From positions 1 to 53,554 of the IMG/VR virus record IMGVR_UViG_3300023105_000044: a stretch of DNA of 53,554 nucleotides. One strand, given 5' to 3'. The stretch's first letter is position 1, and each line of letters starts with the position of its first letter. The notes under the pieces were generated by a model, which saw only the letters and a list, made by a program, of their open reading frames with translations, was not told the origin of the DNA and ran no database searches. Origin of the DNA: a virus (lineage: Duplodnaviria; Caudoviricetes). This document shows positions 8,142 through 15,104 of the stretch, piece after piece. Both the position numbers and the translations under genes were made by a program.

Positions 8142-8370
8142 TCCTCTTAACACTGCTCCTATACAACAGTTTATATCTCAAGTTAAAAGTGCAGATTTGG
8201 CTAATGCCAAAGAAGTTAAACTAAGTCTACAACAGGCAAAAAATTTATCTTATACATTAGGTATTGTAATGGCTAGGTTAGAAGGAGACTTAGAAAGATT
8301 TGTAAAAGAAAATTCTTCTTCTACAGAAGTAGTTCAAGTACAGTTAGACGGCGGAACTGGCTGGGAATAA
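8125..8370 (+). CDS. hypothetical protein
   Basis: Operon-coupled ORF of 81 aa. Confidence 0.65.
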   Translation: MQMQNDPLNTAPIQQFISQVKSADLANAKEVKLSLQQAKNLSYTLGIVMARLEGDLERFVKENSSSTEVVQVQLDGGTGWE

Positions 8371-8396
8371 ACTACGTAGATAACCTAAAAAAAAGA

Positions 8397-8436
8397 TAAA
8401 TATATGCGTATATAATTTTAAGGAGTGTACGCATAT
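8397..8436 (+). promoter_or_regulatory. late promoter (TAAATA) followed by an RBS/start-sequestering hairpin
   Basis: TAAATA at 8397-8402; inverted repeat ATATGCGTATAT (8402-8413) / GTGTACGCATAT (8425-8436) overlaps the end of the RBS and the ATG. Confidence 0.65.
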
Positions 8437-8725
8437 GAGTAGGCCAAAACCCACCGTACTGCTAGAATACATAGATAAAAAAACCTATAGGGCTGAACAA
8501 GTACTAGATGCAGAAGCTATCTGGGCAGTATTCTACAACGGCAAGCCTTTCAACCTTAAGAGCTTGAATTCAATAACTAACTATCCAGGACCTAAATATA
8601 AAAAGGTTTCGTTTTCTAATCCCGGTCACGCACACAATCTTGCAAAAAAATTAAACGACATGTTTAATACTGGCGAGTTTGCGGTATATAAGTTATCAAC
8701 AGGTGATTTAGAAACAGAAGAATGA
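8435..8725 (+). CDS. conserved hypothetical phage protein
   Basis: AAGGAG RBS; MSRPKPTVLL...PGPKYKKVSFSNPGHA. Confidence 0.75.
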   Translation: MSRPKPTVLLEYIDKKTYRAEQVLDAEAIWAVFYNGKPFNLKSLNSITNYPGPKYKKVSFSNPGHAHNLAKKLNDMFNTGEFAVYKLSTGDLETEE

Positions 8726-9102
8726 ACTGGAAAGAAACATACACTAAGATATTTTTAAACCAATTAGGAAAAACTTCAAACGATATTACAGTAAAAGAGT
8801 TTTTGCCTCTTTGGTGGAAAAATACTAGAGAGTCAGGAGGCCTAAGGCTAACTGATTTAGGTTTTGATATCTTAACCGAAATAGAATTAACAACATACGA
8901 AGTACCATATCCAAAAGACATGCCAATGACAACACAAGTTGTTATTTTTTTAGATAAGTTTATCGACTGTCCATACTATCTTACCAATAGAGCTATACAT
9001 GTAACAAGCGAAAAAAAGGCCATGGAATTGCACCTTTTTAGTGGAGACTTACGCAAGTATGGCTTAACCAAGGCTATGAATCGCCAAGAAAAATCAGAAT
9101 AA
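8722..9102 (+). CDS. conserved hypothetical phage protein
   Basis: ATGA overlap with the previous gene; WW.N.R..GGLRLT motif. Confidence 0.72.
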   Translation: MNWKETYTKIFLNQLGKTSNDITVKEFLPLWWKNTRESGGLRLTDLGFDILTEIELTTYEVPYPKDMPMTTQVVIFLDKFIDCPYYLTNRAIHVTSEKKAMELHLFSGDLRKYGLTKAMNRQEKSE

Positions 9103-9116
9103 AACACCAAAAAGTC

Positions 9117-9157
9117 TTGACTTTATTCCTAGTGATGCTATACTATATGTATAGTAA
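9117..9157 (+). promoter_or_regulatory. sigma70-type promoter with overlapping palindromic operator
   Basis: TTGACT (9117-9122), 16-nt spacer, TG-n-TATACT (9139-9144); TACTATA-TG-TATAGTA palindrome at 9141-9156. Confidence 0.72.
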
Positions 9158-9198
9158 GAAATTACTTAGCACTGATGATAGAAAACGAGGAATACACA

Positions 9199-10287
9199 AT
9201 GGAAAATGTTGCACTACGCACAACTTCGCCTAACAAAGCAAAATCACGCATTCTACATGCAATTAAAAAGAAACGTCCTATCTTTCTTTGGGGACCTCCA
9301 GGTATTGGTAAATCTGAAGTAGTTGAACAGATTACTAACAGCCTTCCTAATTCGCATTTGATTGACATTCGCTTGTCACTTTGGGAACCAACAGATATTA
9401 AAGGTATCCCGTATTATGCCGCAAACGATAACAAAATGGTTTGGGCAGAACCTGCAGAACTTCCAAATGCAGAAATGGCAAAACAATACGATAACATTGT
9501 ATTGTTCTTAGATGAAATGAATTCGGCAGCGCCAGCAGTACAAGCGGCAGCATACCAGCTCATTCTTAACCGTCGTGTAGGACAGTATAAACTTCCAGAC
9601 AACGTATTCATTGTAGCGGCAGGTAACCGTGACAGTGATAAAGGTGTCACTTATCGTATGCCGGCTCCGTTGGCTAACCGTTTTATTCACTTAGAACTTG
9701 CTGTATCATTTGACGATTGGTTTGAATGGGCAGTAAATAATGACATCCACAAAGATGTTGTAGGTTTCCTTACTTTTAGTAAGAAAGACTTATACGACTT
9801 TGATCCTAAATCTCCTTCACGTTCATTTGCAACGCCGCGTTCTTGGACTTTTGTTTCAGAACTGCTAGATGACGGAATTGACGAAGAAACAACTACTGAT
9901 TTGGTTTCTGGTGCAATTGGCGAAGGACTTGCTGTAAAGTTTATGGCACACCGTAAAGTAGCATCAAGTATGCCTAATCCAACTGATATTTTGGAAGGCA
10001 AAGTTAAAGAGTTGAAACAGTCAGAAATCAGTGCTATGTATTCCCTTACTGTTTCACTTTGCTACGAACTTAAAGAAGCGTCTGACGCAAACGATAAAAA
10101 GTTTGACGACAAAGTTAATAACTTTTTACGCTTCGCAATGGACAATTTTGAAACTGAGCTAGTTGTAATGGGTGTAAAAGTTGCACTAACTCAGTATGCA
10201 TTGCCCATTGATCCAGACGAAGTGGAATGCTTTGATGAATTCCACGAGCGTTTTGGCAAGTATATTAAGGCAGCACAACAGTCTTAA
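9199..10287 (+). CDS. MoxR-like AAA+ ATPase
   Basis: Walker A GPPGIGKS, Walker B LFLDEMN, sensor AAGNR, arginine finger PLANRF, TPRSW. Start at ATG 9199 after GAGGA. Confidence 0.9.
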   Translation: MENVALRTTSPNKAKSRILHAIKKKRPIFLWGPPGIGKSEVVEQITNSLPNSHLIDIRLSLWEPTDIKGIPYYAANDNKMVWAEPAELPNAEMAKQYDNIVLFLDEMNSAAPAVQAAAYQLILNRRVGQYKLPDNVFIVAAGNRDSDKGVTYRMPAPLANRFIHLELAVSFDDWFEWAVNNDIHKDVVGFLTFSKKDLYDFDPKSPSRSFATPRSWTFVSELLDDGIDEETTTDLVSGAIGEGLAVKFMAHRKVASSMPNPTDILEGKVKELKQSEISAMYSLTVSLCYELKEASDANDKKFDDKVNNFLRFAMDNFETELVVMGVKVALTQYALPIDPDEVECFDEFHERFGKYIKAAQQS

Positions 10288-10303
10288 TATGGTGTGTGGG
10301 TTA

Positions 10304-10333
10304 GGGCGATCCCTACAAAATCGCCCATTTTTC
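10304..10333 (+). terminator. probable intrinsic terminator between the AAA and vWA genes
   Basis: GGGCGAT (10304-10310) / ATCGCCC (10320-10326) stem followed by ATTTTTC. Confidence 0.5.
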
Positions 10334-10375
10334 TTGACAAATGTCGTAAATACTAGTATACTATATGTATAGTAA
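10334..10375 (+). promoter_or_regulatory. sigma70-type promoter with the same palindromic operator
   Basis: TTGACA (10334-10339), 17-nt spacer, TATACT (10357-10362). 10357-10375 is identical to 9139-9157; a TAAATA also lies in the spacer. Confidence 0.78.
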
Positions 10376-10395
10376 ATAGCAAGTGAGAGGCACAC

Positions 10396-11733
10396 ATGGC
10401 AACCGCAAAAGATACTGCAAGTAAACTTAAAAATTGGCAACCTGATCCAAATATTACGCCTGAGCAACTTGAAGAAATGCGTGTCGAAGTTTACGATCGT
10501 ATTGTTGTAGCCCGTATTGGTTTGCTATTAAGACATCCGTTTTTTGGTAATATGGCAACTCGCTTGCGTATTTTGGCAGCTGATGATTGGTTGCCTACTG
10601 CGGCTGTAGACGGTCGCAATTTGTATTACAATACACAATTCTTTAACGCAATGACAAATAAAGAAATTGAGTTTGTTGTTGCACACGAAATTCTACATAT
10701 GGTATTTGATCACCTTACACGTAGAGAAGATCGTCATCCAATGTTATATAACATTGCCGCAGACTATAAAGTAAACAATTTACTTGTAAGAGATCGTATT
10801 GGTGAGAAACCTAAAATTGTAGACTGCTTTCAAGACTTTCAATACGACTCAGATACTTCAGAAGAAATCTACGATAAACTATTTGAAGAAGCAAAACAGC
10901 GTGGTAAAGAACTGCAAGAACTTCTTGACGATCTAGACAAAGAAGGTGAAATGCTAGACGAGCACCTTGATGATGCAAACGGTGACGGAGAGTCAAAAGA
11001 AGGCGAAGAAGAAAAAGATTCAAACGGTAACAATGTAAGTAAGAAGCGTCCTAAGTACTCTAAAGAAGAACTTAAAAAAATACGTGACGAAATTAAAGAA
11101 GGCATGATGACTGCGGCACAAGCGGCAGGTGCTGGCAACACACCTGGTGAAATACAACGCATGATTAAAGAGCTTACAGAGCCTAAAATGAATTGGAGAG
11201 AACTTCTCCAACAACAAATTCAATCAACAATACGTAACGACTATACTTTTAGTCGTCCTTCACGTAAAGGCTGGCACACCGGCGCTGTTTTGCCAGGTAT
11301 GAACTATATGGACACAATTGATATTGCAATTGGTTTAGATATGAGTGGTTCAATTGGCAATTCACAGGCAGCTGACTTCTTAGGAGAAGTTAAGGGTATT
11401 ATGGATCAATACAAAGATTACAAAATCAAAGTATGGTGTTTTGATACTAAGGTATATAATGAACAAGATTTTACCGCAGACGGCGGCGAAAATTTAGAAG
11501 ATTACGAAATTATGGGCGGTGGCGGAACCGACTTTATGGCTAATTGGGAATATATGAAAGAACAGAGCTATGTTCCTAAAAAGTTTATTATGTTTACAGA
11601 CGGTTATCCTTGGGATCACTGGGGCGATTCGGACTACTGTGATACAGTCTTTTTGATACATTCGCATCATGATAAAAACCTGCAAGCACCGTTTGGTACA
11701 ACTGTACACTACGAGGAAACAAGTGCCGCATAA
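10396..11733 (+). CDS. HExxH metallopeptidase-like + vWA domain protein (DUF2201-type)
   Basis: TAAVDG, AHEILH, NIAADYKVN, acidic linker, MIDAS DMSGS, GGGGTDF, FTDGY. Confidence 0.88.
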   Translation: MATAKDTASKLKNWQPDPNITPEQLEEMRVEVYDRIVVARIGLLLRHPFFGNMATRLRILAADDWLPTAAVDGRNLYYNTQFFNAMTNKEIEFVVAHEILHMVFDHLTRREDRHPMLYNIAADYKVNNLLVRDRIGEKPKIVDCFQDFQYDSDTSEEIYDKLFEEAKQRGKELQELLDDLDKEGEMLDEHLDDANGDGESKEGEEEKDSNGNNVSKKRPKYSKEELKKIRDEIKEGMMTAAQAAGAGNTPGEIQRMIKELTEPKMNWRELLQQQIQSTIRNDYTFSRPSRKGWHTGAVLPGMNYMDTIDIAIGLDMSGSIGNSQAADFLGEVKGIMDQYKDYKIKVWCFDTKVYNEQDFTADGGENLEDYEIMGGGGTDFMANWEYMKEQSYVPKKFIMFTDGYPWDHWGDSDYCDTVFLIHSHHDKNLQAPFGTTVHYEETSAA

Positions 11734-12010
11734 GCTAAAAGAGCCCAATGCATTAAACTTTTTTGGTATTCGAAAAGCAACTTCTGTTGCTCCGCATTTT
11801 GAATACATAACCATTCCTTACACCTACAACATCGAAGATTCATTAAATAAATGGGTACAGAAGAACTTAAAAGGACGATACTTTTTAAGCAAAACTGTAG
11901 GTGTTTCTACTCAAAGTGGAAAAGTAGAAACACTACTTAAAGTGGGTTTTGAAGACTCAAAAGAAATGAGTTATTTCATGTTAGCGTGTCCACTTTTGAA
12001 GTACAAATAA
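11723..12010 (+). CDS. hypothetical protein
   Basis: Probable GTG start at 11723 after GAGGA; NALNFFGIR...VGFEDSKEMSYFML. Confidence 0.65.
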   Translation: MPHKLKEPNALNFFGIRKATSVAPHFEYITIPYTYNIEDSLNKWVQKNLKGRYFLSKTVGVSTQSGKVETLLKVGFEDSKEMSYFMLACPLLKYK

Positions 12011-12049
12011 TTAACTACGCATATATAATAATACACAAGGAGAAAATCT

Positions 12050-12322
12050 ATGGCTGATGAACAAAAACAACCAGAAGCAACTACACAGGCTCCAGCAGGA
12101 GCAACTACACAGGCTCCAGCAGGAGCAACACCGCCGGCAGCTGAACTAACTGTTCAGGATTTAACTGCTATTAAGCAAATCATTGATGTTGCTAGTACAC
12201 GCGGTGCATTTCGTGCAAATGAAATGGCAGTAGTTGGTACAACTTATAACAAACTTGAATCTTTCCTAAGTGCTGTATCTGCTCAACAAGAACCGCCAAA
12301 GGAAGAAGCAAAAGGAGAGTAA
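12050..12322 (+). CDS. conserved hypothetical protein with duplicated N-terminal ATTQAPAG linker
   Basis: AAGGAG RBS; LTVQDL...IIDVASTRGAF...VG..YNKL core. Confidence 0.75.
   Translation: MADEQKQPEATTQAPAGATTQAPAGATPPAAELTVQDLTAIKQIIDVASTRGAFRANEMAVVGTTYNKLESFLSAVSAQQEPPKEEAKGE
12076..12129 (+). repeat. 24-bp perfect tandem repeat (2.25 copies)
   Basis: AGCAACTACACAGGCTCCAGCAGG at 12076-12099 and 12100-12123, then AGCAAC. Confidence 0.9.
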
Positions 12323-12323
12323 T

Positions 12324-12935
12324 ATGGCTCTAAAACATATAGGAAGATCTGTTAAACAGAAAAAAAGATGTGCAGTAGCATATAGAGTAATTCCTGGGGA
12401 TCCTAATTTTTCATTAGTAGTTTTTAGCGAAAACTTAGATGCGCCTGATCACGATTCTCTTATGAAACTATTAGAATCAGATGCAGGACAAAATGCTAAT
12501 GAACTTGCTGATGCAATGCATAGAACTCAATTAGCTGATGGACAAAATATGTTACTTGGTTTCCATCGAATGGGCAAATTAACTAAAGTATTATCTGAAG
12601 ATATTGAAATGACTCCAGATACTAAGAGCACAGTAAATTTAGCAGAACTTAATAAAATAATTGCTGAGCAAAAAGGTGTAACAGTAGGTGATTTAGCAAA
12701 CGAAATAAACGGCGCTAGTCCTGTAGCACAAACTGCTCCAGTAGAAGATACTACTAATATTTCTAGAAGCGAAACAGATGCACCAGCTGGTGTATTGTCA
12801 GACGAAGAACTGGCTGCTCAATATCGTTCACAAGCAGATGCAATGTTTAAAGAAGCAAAACGTTTAAGAGAACAGGCCGAGGAGTTGGTACCTACTAAGA
12901 GGAAAACCAAAGCCAGTGTCGAAGAAGCCCAGTAA
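12324..12935 (+). CDS. conserved hypothetical protein with C-terminal coiled coil
   Basis: ATG 12324 after AAGGAG; MALKHIG...; YRSQADAMFKEAKRLREQAE. Confidence 0.75.
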   Translation: MALKHIGRSVKQKKRCAVAYRVIPGDPNFSLVVFSENLDAPDHDSLMKLLESDAGQNANELADAMHRTQLADGQNMLLGFHRMGKLTKVLSEDIEMTPDTKSTVNLAELNKIIAEQKGVTVGDLANEINGASPVAQTAPVEDTTNISRSETDAPAGVLSDEELAAQYRSQADAMFKEAKRLREQAEELVPTKRKTKASVEEAQ

Positions 12936-13230
12936 AAAACTTCCCCAAGACGTTATAAATCATTGGCCAGAGGTATTCGAGGATGTTGACATAGATGTTG
13001 TCCCTCTCGAATACCTCCATTCTGTACGAGTAGAATTTATCGACGGAAAGATATGGGATATTGCCATTGATACTTCAAAAAATAAGATAGAAATCTTAGA
13101 AAAATCACTAGAAGAACTGTTTGACGAATATAAAGACGCTATTAAAAACGTTGACTTTAGGTTAAATACCAACAAGGTTAAAGAAGATATTACCAAACGG
13201 ACACGTAAATTCCTTAAATTAAGAAAGTAG
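12916..13230 (+). CDS. hypothetical protein
   Basis: GTG start overlapping the previous gene; HWPEVF...VPLEYL motif. Confidence 0.7.
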   Translation: MSKKPSKKLPQDVINHWPEVFEDVDIDVVPLEYLHSVRVEFIDGKIWDIAIDTSKNKIEILEKSLEELFDEYKDAIKNVDFRLNTNKVKEDITKRTRKFLKLRK

Positions 13231-13249
13231 TCATTCCTGTTCAATCGGA

Positions 13250-13256
13250 TAAATAC
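13250..13256 (+). promoter_or_regulatory. late promoter TAAATAC
   Basis: GATAAATAC upstream of the AGGAG RBS of the fibre gene; T4 late promoter is TATAAATA. Confidence 0.65.
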
Positions 13257-13291
13257 TAATAACAAATATTATGTTATCAGGAGTTTAACGA

Positions 13292-14986
13292 ATGGCTTTA
13301 CAAATTAGACGCGGTACGGACACAGAGCGTTCAAGTGTTGTATTTGCAGAAGGCGAGCTAGTATATATTACAGATACAGATGCACTGTTTATCGGTGACG
13401 GCTCAACTGCTGGAGGTATAAAACTTACAGACAACGCAGGTGCAATCCTTGGAACGTATATTACCGCAGATACAAATAATTCAAAAATAAATTTACAACA
13501 AAACTTAGACCTTAACGGCAACGATATTATTGGTACAGGTAATATCAACATTAATGGCACTATTACTGCTACCGGCAATGTAAACATTGGTGACGATGCT
13601 AATACTGATACTGTAGACTTTACTGCAAAGATAACAAGCTCATTAACTCCTAATGCAGACTCTACATATAACATTGGTGCAGCAAACGCTCGTTGGAACA
13701 ATGGTTACTTTACTGGATTAACAGTAGATGGTCAAATAGATGCTGTTTCTTTAAACGGTAATGTTATAGCAGACAATTCAACTGTAATGGTTGATGTAAG
13801 TGCTAATACATTTACTGGTGATTTAACAGGTGATGTTACAGGTAACTTAAACGGAAACTTAACTGGTAATGTAACTGGTAACGTAACAGGTGATGTTACG
13901 GGTAATACAACAGGTTATCACACAGGCGATGTTAAAGGTTCTGTGTTTGGCGACGACAGCACTCCTATTATAGATGCTGTTGGTAACAATATCTTTACAA
14001 ACAGCGTAACTTTCTCAGGTGGTATGAGCATTAATGATGCTAATAACGATTTTACTATCGATGCTTCTAACGGATCAACAAATATTATTAACTTTAAAGT
14101 TGATGGTGGTGATGTTTATATTGATGCTAATGGTGTTTTACAAGCAGGTCAAGGCGTTGTTGGTAATGTTACAGGTAATACTGCTGGCACACATACAGGT
14201 GATGTAACTGGTAATGTAGTAGGTAATACAACTGGTTATCATACAGGTGATGTTAAAGGTACAGTATTTGGTAATGACTCAACTATACTAGTTGATGCAG
14301 TTAATAATACAATTTCAGGGTCAGTTATTAGTGGTACGATCACAGCAAACTTAACTGGTAATGCAGCTGGTGATCATTCAGGAACATTTACCGGAAACAT
14401 TTTTACTAGTCTAATTGATAGTGCAGATTCAAGTGCTATTGTAGTAACTCCTGCAATGACTTTTAATGCTGATATTATAATGAATCAAGGATTTGAAGTT
14501 AATCCAGATGGTGCTTTAGGCGGTCAGGTTATTAGAGGTAGACCAGATGGTGAACTTTCTGTAAGAACATTACGAACACTTGATGTTATTCACGATTCAG
14601 GTGGTGAAATTAAGTTTAAAGATAGAACAGGATTTGAAAACAGATCAACTTTTGAAAATCTGTTAATTGCCCAGGATAAAGTAGAACTATTTAGAATTTC
14701 AGGTGCAACTGATCCTAGTTTAGTGCTTCACACTTTTACAGGTGATCCAGATGACGATGTAGCAGTTGCAAACCCAGCAAATTACGATACACACTTTGAA
14801 GCAACTAACGAAAAAGTAACATTTGGTGTTCCTGCTAAGTTTGCAGTAGTTGCAGATGATACTGCTAGAACTGCTCTTGTTCCAAGTCCAGAAAAAGGAA
14901 TGGTAATACTTATGGAAGCAGGTACTACTCCAGCAGCAACAAATCAATTACAATTCTTTGACGGTTCTAACTGGACTAACGTATAA
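13292..14986 (+). CDS. tail/head fibre protein with Mtd/hyaluronidase-type N-terminal domain and G-x-(V/L)-T repeats
   Basis: MALQIRRGT...AEGELVYITDT..LFIGDG N-terminus; many GDVTGNVTG-type repeats. Confidence 0.72.
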   Translation: MALQIRRGTDTERSSVVFAEGELVYITDTDALFIGDGSTAGGIKLTDNAGAILGTYITADTNNSKINLQQNLDLNGNDIIGTGNININGTITATGNVNIGDDANTDTVDFTAKITSSLTPNADSTYNIGAANARWNNGYFTGLTVDGQIDAVSLNGNVIADNSTVMVDVSANTFTGDLTGDVTGNLNGNLTGNVTGNVTGDVTGNTTGYHTGDVKGSVFGDDSTPIIDAVGNNIFTNSVTFSGGMSINDANNDFTIDASNGSTNIINFKVDGGDVYIDANGVLQAGQGVVGNVTGNTAGTHTGDVTGNVVGNTTGYHTGDVKGTVFGNDSTILVDAVNNTISGSVISGTITANLTGNAAGDHSGTFTGNIFTSLIDSADSSAIVVTPAMTFNADIIMNQGFEVNPDGALGGQVIRGRPDGELSVRTLRTLDVIHDSGGEIKFKDRTGFENRSTFENLLIAQDKVELFRISGATDPSLVLHTFTGDPDDDVAVANPANYDTHFEATNEKVTFGVPAKFAVVADDTARTALVPSPEKGMVILMEAGTTPAATNQLQFFDGSNWTNV

Positions 14987-15061
14987 TAAAGGCGTTTTAG
15001 AGCTTATATAAGCGTCATACACACACTTTATATACATTATAGTACAAAGTTAATTAGTCAT

Positions 15062-15090
15062 AAAAAAAGGCGCATTATGCGCCTTTTTTA
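15062..15090. terminator. bidirectional intrinsic terminator
   Basis: AAAAAAAGGCGCA-TTA-TGCGCCTTTTTT between convergent genes. Confidence 0.9.
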
Positions 15091-15104
15091 TTATGTATAG
15101 TACC

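Noticed and set aside
12076-12129. CRISPR mini-array
   Set aside because: Repeats are directly adjacent with no spacers and lie in-frame in a CDS.
13810-14400. Collagen-like repeats
   Set aside because: Glycine spacing is four residues (GDVT/GNVT), not G-X-Y.
13292-14986. Diversity-generating retroelement suggested by the Mtd-like N-terminus
   Set aside because: No reverse transcriptase in the window; the internal repeats differ at synonymous sites rather than in an adenine-specific TR/VR pattern.
15002-15013. 12-bp perfect palindrome GCTTATATAAGC
   Set aside because: Single AT-rich occurrence with no second copy seen; plausible by chance.
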